Assembly (NCBI GenBank): GCA_032128115.1
Contig: JAQBHB010000041.1
Span: 96,001 to 160,000, forward strand
Direction of reading: 5' to 3'
Length of the DNA stretch: 64,000 nt
Source: Deltaproteobacteria bacterium
Lineage (GTDB): Bacteria; Myxococcota_A; UBA9160; SMWR01
Shown here: positions 50,623 through 59,678 of the stretch, one piece after another
How positions within the stretch are numbered: position 1 is the stretch's first letter
How the letters are laid out: the number at the start of each line of letters is the position of its first letter
Notes under the pieces: model-generated
What the model saw: the letters and a program-made list of their open reading frames with translations, nothing else
The model's database searches: none
What the model was told of the DNA's origin: nothing
Position numbers and translations under genes: made by a program

Positions 50623-52113
50623 GTGAGCGACGGCCCCCTGCGCCACGCGCCCGGCTCCCGGCTGGCGCTGGTCCGCTACTCGGGCGATCTGGGCACCAAG
50701 GGACGGGCCACCCGGCGCCAGTTCCAGAATCGGCTGGTGTCCAACCTGAAGGATGCCCTGGCCTCGTGCGGCGTGACGCCGCGCCTGCAGGTCACCCACG
50801 ACAGGATCTTCGCGGAGGTGCGCCACGACTCGGCGATCGAAGCCCTGACCCGGGTCTTCGGAGTCCAGTCCGTTTCCGTGGTGGAGCGCCGCCCCGCCGG
50901 AGACCTGGACGCGTTGGTCCGGGCGGGCGAGGAGCTCTTTCGCGAGCGGGTGCGAGGGCGCCGGTTCGCCGTACGGGCCCGGCGGGTGGGCGATCGAGCG
51001 CGGGTGCGGATCCACGGCGGCGACGTGGAGCGGGCCCTGGGCACCGCCCTGCTGCCGGTCTCGGCGGGAGTCGACCTGGACGCCCCGGAAGAGACGGTGC
51101 ACGTGGAACTCCTGGAGGGCGAGGCCTGCTTCTTCCGCGAGCAGATCCCAGCGCCGGGAGGAATTCCGCTGGGTGCCGAGGGTCGAGCGGTGGCACTGGT
51201 TTCCGGGGGTTTCGATTCGGCGGTCGCCGCCTGGCAGCTGCAGAGGCGCGGCGTCCGACTCGACTACGTCTTCTGCAACCTGGGTGGTGTCAGCCACCTG
51301 CAGGGTGTGCTGCGGGTGATGAAGGTGCTGGCCGACCGCTGGTCGTACGGGGACCAGCCCCGCCTGCACACCATCGACTTCGATCCACTGGCCAGCGAGC
51401 TGCGCGAGCGCACCGCATCCCGCTATTGGCAGGTGTTGCTCAAGCGTCTGATGCTGCGCGCCGCCGAGCAGATCGCCAGCGTGCGACGCGCAACGGCAAT
51501 CGTCACCGGCGACGCCATGGGCCAGGTGTCGTCGCAGACGCTGCAGAACCTGGCCGTGATCTCACACGGGGCTACGCACCTGGTGCTGCGCCCCCTGGTG
51601 GGTCTCAACAAGGAAGAGATCATCGAGCAGGCGCAACGCATCGGCACCGCGGAGCTCTCGCGGGTGGTGGGCGAGTACTGCGCCATGGTGCCGCGCCGGC
51701 CCGCCACTGCCGCCACGCTGGAGGCCGTGCTCGGCGAGGAGGCGAAGCTCGACCTCTCGAAGCTCGACCATGCCGTGTCCGTGCGCAGCGCCTTCGATCT
51801 GCGAACGTTGGACGTGGAGAAGCTCGAGGCGCCGGGGCCATCGATTGCACGGGTCCCGGAATCGGCCACCGTGCTCGACCTGCGCTCCGCGGCTGGGTAC
51901 CGCCACTGGCACTACCCGGACGCTCTGCGCCTGGATTTCGCCCAGGCCCTGAAGGCCTACCCGCGCTTCGATCGCTCCCAGTCCTACGTGCTGTACTGCG
52001 AGTTCGGCCTGAAGAGCGCCCACCTGGCCGACCTGATGCGGCGCGAGGGCTTCGACGCCGCCGCCTTCCGCGGGGGCCAGTCGGCGCTCAAGCACACACT
52101 GGAAGCAGACTAG
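50623..52113 (+). CDS. thiI: tRNA 4-thiouridine synthase with C-terminal rhodanese domain
   Basis: THUMP domain, SGGFDS PP-loop, GQVSSQT, EYC and YCEFG..S. Confidence 0.93.
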   Translation: MSDGPLRHAPGSRLALVRYSGDLGTKGRATRRQFQNRLVSNLKDALASCGVTPRLQVTHDRIFAEVRHDSAIEALTRVFGVQSVSVVERRPAGDLDALVRAGEELFRERVRGRRFAVRARRVGDRARVRIHGGDVERALGTALLPVSAGVDLDAPEETVHVELLEGEACFFREQIPAPGGIPLGAEGRAVALVSGGFDSAVAAWQLQRRGVRLDYVFCNLGGVSHLQGVLRVMKVLADRWSYGDQPRLHTIDFDPLASELRERTASRYWQVLLKRLMLRAAEQIASVRRATAIVTGDAMGQVSSQTLQNLAVISHGATHLVLRPLVGLNKEEIIEQAQRIGTAELSRVVGEYCAMVPRRPATAATLEAVLGEEAKLDLSKLDHAVSVRSAFDLRTLDVEKLEAPGPSIARVPESATVLDLRSAAGYRHWHYPDALRLDFAQALKAYPRFDRSQSYVLYCEFGLKSAHLADLMRREGFDAAAFRGGQSALKHTLEAD

Positions 52114-52790
52114 TTTCCCGAATCGCTCTCGGCGCCGGGGGCGAGCTGGTCAAGCAGCCGCTGGCGCTCGTCCCAAGGCAAGTCGTGTAATCGTCTCCAG
52201 GCGGAGCGCAGACGTTCGCGATCCTCGGGCGGAAGATCGCGAAAGCGCTTGGCGTTCTGCTGGACCGCGTCGCGATCCTCCGGCGCAAGCGAGCGCAGGC
52301 GGTGGAAGCGATCGCGCAGGGCCTCGCGCTCGTCCTCGGGCAGGGACCGTAAACGCGAGAGATCGTCCCTCAGCTCGCGACGCTCCTCGGGGGGAAGATC
52401 CCGGACGTTCTCGCGAAAGCGCTGGCGCTCTTCCGGCTCCATGCGACCCCAACGCTCGCGCAGTTCGCGCCGCTCCTCGGGGGGAAGGTTCTCGAGCAAG
52501 CGCGGGGGGCGTGCGCGCTCCGAGGATCGCTGATCCATGCGTTCCCGCATGCGCTCCCGTTCTTCGGGCGTCGCCGCCTCCCAACGCTCACGCCTGTCTT
52601 CGCGCATGCGCTCCCGCTGCTCGGGTGTCGCCGACTCCCTGTGCTCGCGGGCCTGCTCCCGCTGGCGCTGGACATCGCGCCACTCGGGAGGCGTACGCCG
52701 CTGCGGCACGTCATCGCCGAATGCAGGCACGGCCATCAGCGTGCAGAGTCCCAGCGTCAGGCCGGACGCGATGGCGATTTTACGGCTCAT
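52110..52790 (-). CDS. DUF3106-like exported repeat protein
   Basis: Signal peptide followed by ~18-aa (W/F)..L.PEER..LR repeats. ATGA overlap with the anti-sigma stop. Confidence 0.8.
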   Translation of the reverse strand: MSRKIAIASGLTLGLCTLMAVPAFGDDVPQRRTPPEWRDVQRQREQAREHRESATPEQRERMREDRRERWEAATPEERERMRERMDQRSSERARPPRLLENLPPEERRELRERWGRMEPEERQRFRENVRDLPPEERRELRDDLSRLRSLPEDEREALRDRFHRLRSLAPEDRDAVQQNAKRFRDLPPEDRERLRSAWRRLHDLPWDERQRLLDQLAPGAESDSGN

Positions 52791-53458
52791 CCCGCTTCGG
52801 ACTCCAGGTCGATCAGGCGGGACAACAGGTCCAGGTTGGCAATCACCTCCAGGTCTTCCAGCGTCTCCAACTCGAGCGCCATGGCGAGTTCTTCCTCGGA
52901 GACCACCTCGAGATCGATCTCGGTCTCGGGCACGGGCTCGGGCTCGATCGCGGCGACCACCGGCGCGGGCAACGGCTCCGGCGCGGGGGCGATGCGCTCG
53001 AGTTCGGTCTCGATCTGTGCCACCGGGATGGGGGACTCGCCCGGAACCGGGCCCTCGACCGAACGCAGCGTCCAGAACAGGACCGCGGCGGCGGCGGCCG
53101 CCGCCGCCGAAAATACCGCGACAGGACGAGCGTACCAGCGCCCGGGCCGCGGAGCGTGCGCGCGCACCGGTCGCACGCGACGAGGGCGGATCTCCGCGTC
53201 GAGAGCCCCGCCCGCATCGGCTTCGATCCGGGCCGCGAGCCGGGCGCGCAGATCCGAGGGGACGGCCGGCGCCGGTGCGCCCATCAGCAGACCATCTACC
53301 CGTCGCAGCCCCTCGCAGTAGGCGCTGCAGTGGGGGCACGATTCCACGTGCGTCCGCACCGCGGTCTCGAGCTGCCCCGCAAGCTCCCCGTCGACGAGTG
53401 CCGACAGGTGCTCTTCATATGCCGTACAGGCCGTGGGAAGTTCGGACACGTCCGTCAC
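52787..53458 (-). CDS. Anti-sigma factor (zf-HC2 / ZAS)
   Basis: LSALVDGEL..HVESCPHC and a single TM helix. Confidence 0.88.
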   Translation of the reverse strand: MTDVSELPTACTAYEEHLSALVDGELAGQLETAVRTHVESCPHCSAYCEGLRRVDGLLMGAPAPAVPSDLRARLAARIEADAGGALDAEIRPRRVRPVRAHAPRPGRWYARPVAVFSAAAAAAAAVLFWTLRSVEGPVPGESPIPVAQIETELERIAPAPEPLPAPVVAAIEPEPVPETEIDLEVVSEEELAMALELETLEDLEVIANLDLLSRLIDLESEAG

Positions 53459-54087
53459 ACCTCGCGTTGTAACCTGCCCGCCAGCGTCGAGCGAGCCCGG
53501 TGCACCAGGGCCTTCACGGCCTGCTCAGTCACGTCGAGAGCCTCCGCCACCTCGGCGTAGGCGAGGCCCTCCACGGCCGTGAGCCACAGGGCCGCGCGCT
53601 GTCGCTCGGGAAGCGCATCGAGTTCCCGGGCCGCTGCCTCACCCAGCCGGCGCGCGTGGACCACGTCGTCCACGGCAGACGTTTCGGCCGCCAGGGGTCG
53701 GGCGTCGTCTTCATCCATGCTGTCGTGGGGGTCGCGGCGCCGGGGCCGACGCAGCTCGTTGAGGGCCAGGTTCGTCCCGATCCGGTAGAGCCAGGTGGAG
53801 AAGCGCGCCTCGGGCTTGTAACGCTCGCGGGCCCGGTAAACACGGAGAAAGACCTCCTGAACCAGCTCCTCCGCCGTGCCCGTGTCGCGCACCATGCGCT
53901 CCAGGTAGCGGAGCAGGGGGGCCGACCAGCGCTCGAAGAGTCGGTCGAAGGCCGCGGCCTCCCCATGGCGGAAGGCGAGCATCAGCCCTACGTCGTCGTC
54001 CACACTGCGCAGGTCCGCCTCCGCTCCCCCTTCCAACCCTTCAGAAGGCGCTCGGTTGCGCTCATTCCCCGCGGGGTCGCGCTTCAT
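53455..54087 (-). CDS. ECF RNA polymerase sigma factor
   Basis: AEELVQEVF, FSTWLYRI, LPERQR..GL.Y.EVA and VK..HRAR. Confidence 0.92.
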   Translation of the reverse strand: MKRDPAGNERNRAPSEGLEGGAEADLRSVDDDVGLMLAFRHGEAAAFDRLFERWSAPLLRYLERMVRDTGTAEELVQEVFLRVYRARERYKPEARFSTWLYRIGTNLALNELRRPRRRDPHDSMDEDDARPLAAETSAVDDVVHARRLGEAAARELDALPERQRAALWLTAVEGLAYAEVAEALDVTEQAVKALVHRARSTLAGRLQREV

Positions 54088-54938
54088 CCGCCTCGTGGGC
54101 CAGCAGGACCCGGCGAGATCCCCTGGAGAAAGCAGATGACGGCCGCGTTGAAGGCCTCCGCCTGCTCGATATTGGCGATATGTCCGGCGTCGGCGAGGGT
54201 GACGCGCTGGGCGGCCGGCAGGCGGGCCGTCATCACCTCGGCCGCCCTCAGGTAGGCTTCGTCCTTCTCCCCCACCAGCACCAGACAGGGGCACGCGATC
54301 GAGGCCAGCTCGTCGATCACCGGAGGCGCCGGAGCGGCCACCCGGCGCGCGAAGCAGGCCAGACCCGTGGGATCCTGGGCCGCGATGGCGCGCCCGGCGG
54401 CCCGGGCCGCCGGAAGCTCGGGCCGCAGGCCGATGGCGGTAACCGCGGCCCGGCTCGCGACGAAGGCCACAAGACCTTTGGTCTCGATGAAGCCCGCCGT
54501 CCGCTCCACCATGGCCTCCCACCTCTGCTGCGCCTCCCGCTTCTTGAAACCCGGACCGCTGCCGGCCAGCACCAGGGCCTGCACCCGTTCGGGATTGGCG
54601 ACCGCGTAGTGGAGCGACGCCAGACCGCCGAAGGAGAGGCCCGCCAGCACGGCGGGCCGGTCGGGCTCGAGCGCATCGAGCACGCGACCCAGGTCTTCGA
54701 CCACCCGCTCCATGGAATAGGCCGCCGGATCGCCGGGCGCGTCGGACTTCCCGTGACCGCGGTAGTCCCACAGCATCACGCGGAAACCCGCGGCGGTGAG
54801 CGGCGCCACCTGGGCGCGCCAGTTTTCGTGGGTGGTGCACAGCCCACACGAGAACAGGACGGAAGCCGAGGATCCCGAATCCGGCTCGTGAACTTCGGTA
54901 TAGAGCTTGATGCCGTCGCTCGCTGTAACAAAGGCCAC
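54084..54938 (-). CDS. Alpha/beta hydrolase
   Basis: DYRGHGKS, GLSFGG nucleophile elbow, GEKD and AGH. Confidence 0.9.
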   Translation of the reverse strand: MAFVTASDGIKLYTEVHEPDSGSSASVLFSCGLCTTHENWRAQVAPLTAAGFRVMLWDYRGHGKSDAPGDPAAYSMERVVEDLGRVLDALEPDRPAVLAGLSFGGLASLHYAVANPERVQALVLAGSGPGFKKREAQQRWEAMVERTAGFIETKGLVAFVASRAAVTAIGLRPELPAARAAGRAIAAQDPTGLACFARRVAAPAPPVIDELASIACPCLVLVGEKDEAYLRAAEVMTARLPAAQRVTLADAGHIANIEQAEAFNAAVICFLQGISPGPAGPRGG

Positions 54939-54940
54939 CG

Positions 54941-55357
54941 CTAGCCCAACAGCTCCCGAAGCGCGTCGGCCATGTCGTTCATCTGGTCCTGCATGGCCCC
55001 CTTGATGGTGAACTCGGGCACGAGCGACCTGGTGCGACCATCGAGCTGGATGCGGACCCGGGTCTTGTCGCCGCGCTCCCGGAACGTCAGCGCTCCCTCG
55101 AGCGCGCTCCACACGCGCCCATCGCACACCTTCTCGAAGCGGATGTCGCCGTCGGGCAGGAGATCGAAGTGGAACGTGGCGGTTCCCTCACGGCCCAGGG
55201 CGCGGTAGTGGGCGCGTAGGGTCCGTCGGCTCTCGCTCCGGTCGACGATCTCGGTCTTCGCCTCGGGGAACAGGGCGGGAAGCGTCTCGTCGCGGGCCGC
55301 CACCTTCACGGCCTCGGCGCGCGGCTGGGATACGTCGAACTGCTTTTCGAGATGCAC
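54941..55357 (-). CDS. SRPBCC/CoxG-like protein
   Basis: 138 aa with a helix-grip-like beta pattern and a C-terminal helix. Confidence 0.6.
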   Translation of the reverse strand: MHLEKQFDVSQPRAEAVKVAARDETLPALFPEAKTEIVDRSESRRTLRAHYRALGREGTATFHFDLLPDGDIRFEKVCDGRVWSALEGALTFRERGDKTRVRIQLDGRTRSLVPEFTIKGAMQDQMNDMADALRELLG

Positions 55358-57064
55358 CTATCGGATCTCCACGATGACCGGTGGGAGCAGGGCCGGGGTA
55401 CGGTCGGTGAGGGCCGACAGCCAGGGCTCCAGATCCCGCACCAGTCGGGGAAGCTCGGGCAGCGCGGCAGCGCGCAGCCCCCCGAGCGCCTCGCCGATCT
55501 GTTCGGGCAACGACCTGGGCGGCGGATACGTGATGAGCGCCACGTCTGCGTCCTCGTCCAGCTCGAGCATCACCTTTGCGCGCGACACGGCGGCGCGCAG
55601 CCCCCCCAGGCCATCCAGGAGGCCGGCTTGCGCCGCCTGCTCTCCGGTCCAGACGCGTCCCTGTCCCAGCTCGTCGACCCGATCGTTGGAAAGCTTGCGG
55701 CCGCTGGCCACCCGCTCCACGAACAGGTCGTAGATCGACTCCACCTCCTCGCGCAATCGCGCGCGGCTTTCGGGCGAGAGCGGCTGCGAGGCCAGCAGCA
55801 GATCGGCGTGGGCGCCCCGTGTCACCGGCTGCACGCCAATTCCGAGTTTCTGGAACATCCCGCCGAGTACCGGCCGCATCACGAAAACGCCGATGGAGCC
55901 GGTCAGGCTTCCCGGCGACGCGATCACCTGGTCGGCGCCCACCGCCACGTAGTATCCCCCGGACGCCGCCACGTCCGACACCGACGCGATCACCGGTTTG
56001 CCCGTCTTGCGCGCCGCTCGCACCGCGCTCCACACCATGTCCGAGGCCAGGGCCGAGCCACCGGGACTGTCGATGCGCAGGATGATGGCATCGATGGCAT
56101 CGTCCGCCGCCGCGTCTCGGAGCGCCGTGGAGACCGTGTCCGACGCAAGCACGGGATTGCCGGACCGCGACGTGGCGCCCTTGCCCACCAGCACCATGCC
56201 GGTTCCGTAGACCAGCGCGAATTGCGCCACGGGCTCGAAGCCCAGCGACGCGGGATCCACCCCGGCATACTTCGAGTCCTCGATCACGGGGTCGGACCCC
56301 AGCGAATCGATCAACTCACCGTACTGGGAGATTCCGTCGATGAGCCCCAACTCGAGCATCTCTTCCGCAGTCATGGGCGCGCGCTCGATCGCCGCCCGCA
56401 CCGCGTCGGGGCTCAGGCCCCGCCCTTCGGCGATTCCTGCCACGAACTGGCCAGCGATGGAGTCGAGCAGCGAATCCACCATCTCCCGGTGCGCCGGGCT
56501 CATCTCGTGTCCCGCGAAGGTGTCGGCCGCGGTCTTGAAACGCCCGATGCGTTCCACCTCCACTTCCACGCCGATCTTTTCGAACATGCCGCCCAGGAAC
56601 AGATACTCGGCGGCCAGGCCCACGAGCGCCGCGCGCGACGCCGGCGCCTCGTAGATCGACTCCGCGGCCGTAGCCACGTAGTACTCCTTCTGGGACTGGA
56701 ACGATTCCAGTTCCAGGTGCGCCAGCGTCTTGCGGCCGGCGCGTCGCAGGTCGGCGATGGCGTCGCGGATCTCCTGGGCCTTGCCCCAACCCAGCTCCAG
56801 GTCGCGAATCCGGAACACCACGGTCTTCAGGCGATCGTCGCGTTCAGCCTTGCGAAGATCGGACAGGATCGACACGAAGGGTCGGCGCCGCTCGCCCAGG
56901 AGCCGCGACAGGATCGAAGGTTCCGCCGCCTCCAGATAACTCCCAGAAATCTCCACGACCAGGGTGGAACCGGGCGCGACCGTCGGGCCGCTGGACGGCG
57001 AGAACCACAACCAGGCCACCCACAGCAGAATCACGACCAGGACAATCGAGCGGAACCGTCGCAT
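55358..57064 (-). CDS. sppA: Signal peptide peptidase SppA (two-domain type)
   Basis: G.FK.A, RIDSPGGS, AASGGY, TGSIG and GRVWTG. ATG 57064 begins a TM anchor. Confidence 0.93.
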   Translation of the reverse strand: MRRFRSIVLVVILLWVAWLWFSPSSGPTVAPGSTLVVEISGSYLEAAEPSILSRLLGERRRPFVSILSDLRKAERDDRLKTVVFRIRDLELGWGKAQEIRDAIADLRRAGRKTLAHLELESFQSQKEYYVATAAESIYEAPASRAALVGLAAEYLFLGGMFEKIGVEVEVERIGRFKTAADTFAGHEMSPAHREMVDSLLDSIAGQFVAGIAEGRGLSPDAVRAAIERAPMTAEEMLELGLIDGISQYGELIDSLGSDPVIEDSKYAGVDPASLGFEPVAQFALVYGTGMVLVGKGATSRSGNPVLASDTVSTALRDAAADDAIDAIILRIDSPGGSALASDMVWSAVRAARKTGKPVIASVSDVAASGGYYVAVGADQVIASPGSLTGSIGVFVMRPVLGGMFQKLGIGVQPVTRGAHADLLLASQPLSPESRARLREEVESIYDLFVERVASGRKLSNDRVDELGQGRVWTGEQAAQAGLLDGLGGLRAAVSRAKVMLELDEDADVALITYPPPRSLPEQIGEALGGLRAAALPELPRLVRDLEPWLSALTDRTPALLPPVIVEIR

Positions 57065-57119
57065 GGGCGTGCCCTCCCTAGGCCCGTCTCCGGCCAAGCC
57101 TAGGCTATCCTCGGCCGGC

Positions 57120-58727
57120 GTGGCCAAGGATGTCTACATCGCGTCCGTCGGCCTCACCAAGGTCGACCTCACCGGCAACATCTTCAGCAGCGTCTTCGAT
57201 CTCTTCGCCGAAGCCTACCTCAAGGCCCTGGAGGACTCGTCGGTCCGGAGCTTCGACGCAGTGCAGGTGGGGATCATGGACAGCGAGGAGTTCGAGAATC
57301 GCGCCAACATCGCCACCAAGATCGCCGACCGCCTGGGGCTGACGGGGATTCCAGCGATTCGATCGGAAACCGCCTCGTCCACGGGCGCCGCCGCGCTTCA
57401 CGAGGCCTACTACAAGATCGCCTCGGGGGAGTTCGACAGCGTCCTGGTGCTCGGCGGCGAGCGCATGAAGATGGTGACCACCGAGGTGGCCACCCGGATC
57501 ATGTCGAAAACCGTCGATCCCGAGGAACGGCGCTTCGGCTTCACCATGCCGGCACTGATTGCCCTGGTGACCCAGGCCTGGTTCCGGGAACGCCGGATCA
57601 AGGGCCAGGGCGTCTCCGATGTGTTGGCCCGGCTGATGTTCCGGGCACACGCCCTGGGGAGCCAGAATCCGCTGGCCGCCTTCTTCGGCAGACCCGAGCC
57701 CCTGGAGGCCTACTTCGACGCCAGCAAGAACCTGCCGGTGGCCACGCCGCTCATGCGCAAGGACTGCTCGCCCATCTGCGATGGTGCCGCCGCTGTGATC
57801 CTGACGTCGCGCCCCCAGGCCGTGCGTATCGCCGGGTTGGGATCCGCCACGGAGACCTCTTCGATCCTCGATCGGGAGGCGCTCACGTGCCTGGACGCTA
57901 CCCGCCACGCGGCCCGGATCGCCTACTGGCGCGCCGGCGTCGCCAACCCCCGTGAGCTCGAGGGGCGGGTGGTGGAGGTGCACGACGCATTCAACAGCCT
58001 GCTGCCCATCGGCCTGGTGGATCTGGGGCTGCTGGATGCGGACGACGTGCTGGAAGCCCTGGTGGGCGACGTGCGCCACGACCCGCCCAATCCCTATGAC
58101 CACCCGGTCACCGGCCCTCGCGGCGCGCTTCCCACCAACCTGTCCGGCGGGCTCAAGGCGCGGGGACACCCGGTGGGAGGCACGGGGCTGTTCCAGATCG
58201 CGGAGAACTACCTGCAGATCACCGATCGCTTCCCGAACCAGCGCGCCCAGGTGCCCGGGGCGAAGATCGGCATCGCCCATTCCATTGGCGGCCCGGGCAA
58301 CAACAACTACGTGACGCTGATCGAGTCCACGGACAGCCGGCGGCGGCGCGAGACCGTGCCCAGGCCGCGCCTCCACTACGAGTCGCGCAAGCGCCGCCCC
58401 GAACGCGAGACCGCCACGAAGCTGCATGGATCCAACGCCGTCGTGGACGCCGCCACCACCATCTACGTCACGTCCGGCGGCGGCGAGCCCTTGCACGTGG
58501 CCCTTCTCAACATCGACGGCCACCGGGTCTTCGCCAAGATGGACCGTGCCCCCGAGGAGGGCGAGGCGCCTGAGCAGGTGCTGGCGGGCCAGAAGGTGCG
58601 GCTGCTGGTGAAGGACGACGGCGATCAGTACTTCCAGATTCCGCGCGGCGTGAGCTTCGACCTGGGCCGCGTCGTCCAATCGATCCGCCGCGCCGTCGGG
58701 CGCAACAGCGAAGACGTCTCCCCCTGA
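57120..58727 (+). CDS. SCP2/archaeal-type thiolase-fold protein lacking the catalytic Cys, fused to a DUF35-like OB fold
   Basis: ETASSTG, CSPICDGAAA, EVHDAF and GGLKARGHPVGGTG, plus an ~130-aa C-terminal extension. Confidence 0.85.
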   Translation: MAKDVYIASVGLTKVDLTGNIFSSVFDLFAEAYLKALEDSSVRSFDAVQVGIMDSEEFENRANIATKIADRLGLTGIPAIRSETASSTGAAALHEAYYKIASGEFDSVLVLGGERMKMVTTEVATRIMSKTVDPEERRFGFTMPALIALVTQAWFRERRIKGQGVSDVLARLMFRAHALGSQNPLAAFFGRPEPLEAYFDASKNLPVATPLMRKDCSPICDGAAAVILTSRPQAVRIAGLGSATETSSILDREALTCLDATRHAARIAYWRAGVANPRELEGRVVEVHDAFNSLLPIGLVDLGLLDADDVLEALVGDVRHDPPNPYDHPVTGPRGALPTNLSGGLKARGHPVGGTGLFQIAENYLQITDRFPNQRAQVPGAKIGIAHSIGGPGNNNYVTLIESTDSRRRRETVPRPRLHYESRKRRPERETATKLHGSNAVVDAATTIYVTSGGGEPLHVALLNIDGHRVFAKMDRAPEEGEAPEQVLAGQKVRLLVKDDGDQYFQIPRGVSFDLGRVVQSIRRAVGRNSEDVSP

Positions 58728-58784
58728 GCGCGATCTTGCCGGATTCCGGGCGTATAATGGCCGGAGTCATTGGGAGGAGCGCGC

Positions 58785-59678
58785 GTGAAGATCCGACCGT
58801 TTCGCGACGACGACGCGGAGAGCCTGGTTGCGTTGGCCGCGAGCTGCGCGCGGGGCGAGAACGACTTCGTACTCAATCCCTACTGGGAGACCCGCGAAGA
58901 GCTGCACGCCGAATTCGAACGCTTCGGCATCAAGCCCGCGGAGCACCTGTTGGTGGCCGACGACGGCGACGGCGGGGTGCACGGCCTCGCGGGCTTCCTG
59001 CGCCATCCCGGGGCCAGTGCCGCCGGAATGTTCTGCCCCATCGTGGGCCGCAGCGAGCGCGGCCGCGGAGTCGGTGGGCAGCTGTTGCGCGCCGCTCAGG
59101 AGCTGGGCCCGCGCATCGGCATCGAGCTCGCCACGGCCGGCATCGGCACCCGCAACCGCGCCGGCTATTCACTGCTCACGAGCCACGGCTTCCGACCCGT
59201 GCGCCAGCACTTCCTGATGCGCTGCGATGAAAAACGTGAAGGCGCGGCGTCACCGATGGCCGACGTGGAGTTCGACGTGGGCGCACCCGATGACGCGGGC
59301 GAGATCCTGGAGGTCTACGCTGCCTGTGGCTTCGAGGAACGCAGCCCCGAGACCATGCAGACCCTGTTCGCAGACGAGCGCCACGCCCACGCGGTGGCCC
59401 GACACGGGGGGCGCGTGATCGCGTTCGCCGAGATCGAGACCCACTGGCCGCGTCGCGTCTGGGTGGCCTACGTGGGAGTGGCCACCGCCCAGCGCGATCG
59501 CGGTCTCGGATCGGCACTGGTGGCCTGGGCACTCGAGCGCCAGTTCGACGCGGGAGCCGAGCGCGCCCTGCTGATGCTCTCGCCCGCCAACCGCACGGCC
59601 CTGCGGGCCTACGAGAAGGTGGGCTTCCGCCGTCACCGCCTGGTGGACGTGCTGGAAAAGAAGCTCTCAGCTCCCTGA
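58785..59678 (+). CDS. Tandem GNAT acetyltransferase
   Basis: Two acetyl-CoA binding motifs (RGRGVG, RDRGLG) and N..A..YEKVGF. TATAAT and GGAGG upstream. Confidence 0.88.
   Translation: MKIRPFRDDDAESLVALAASCARGENDFVLNPYWETREELHAEFERFGIKPAEHLLVADDGDGGVHGLAGFLRHPGASAAGMFCPIVGRSERGRGVGGQLLRAAQELGPRIGIELATAGIGTRNRAGYSLLTSHGFRPVRQHFLMRCDEKREGAASPMADVEFDVGAPDDAGEILEVYAACGFEERSPETMQTLFADERHAHAVARHGGRVIAFAEIETHWPRRVWVAYVGVATAQRDRGLGSALVAWALERQFDAGAERALLMLSPANRTALRAYEKVGFRRHRLVDVLEKKLSAP

Noticed and set aside
24335..52113. Thiamine super-cluster (thiC, thiI and two TPP enzymes)
   Set aside because: The genes are scattered over ~28 kb among unrelated loci, and only thiC has a riboswitch.
52200..52660. 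Repetitive DNA as a CRISPR-like or tandem array
   Set aside because: These are degenerate coding repeats of the DUF3106-like protein, with no identical repeats separated by unique spacers.
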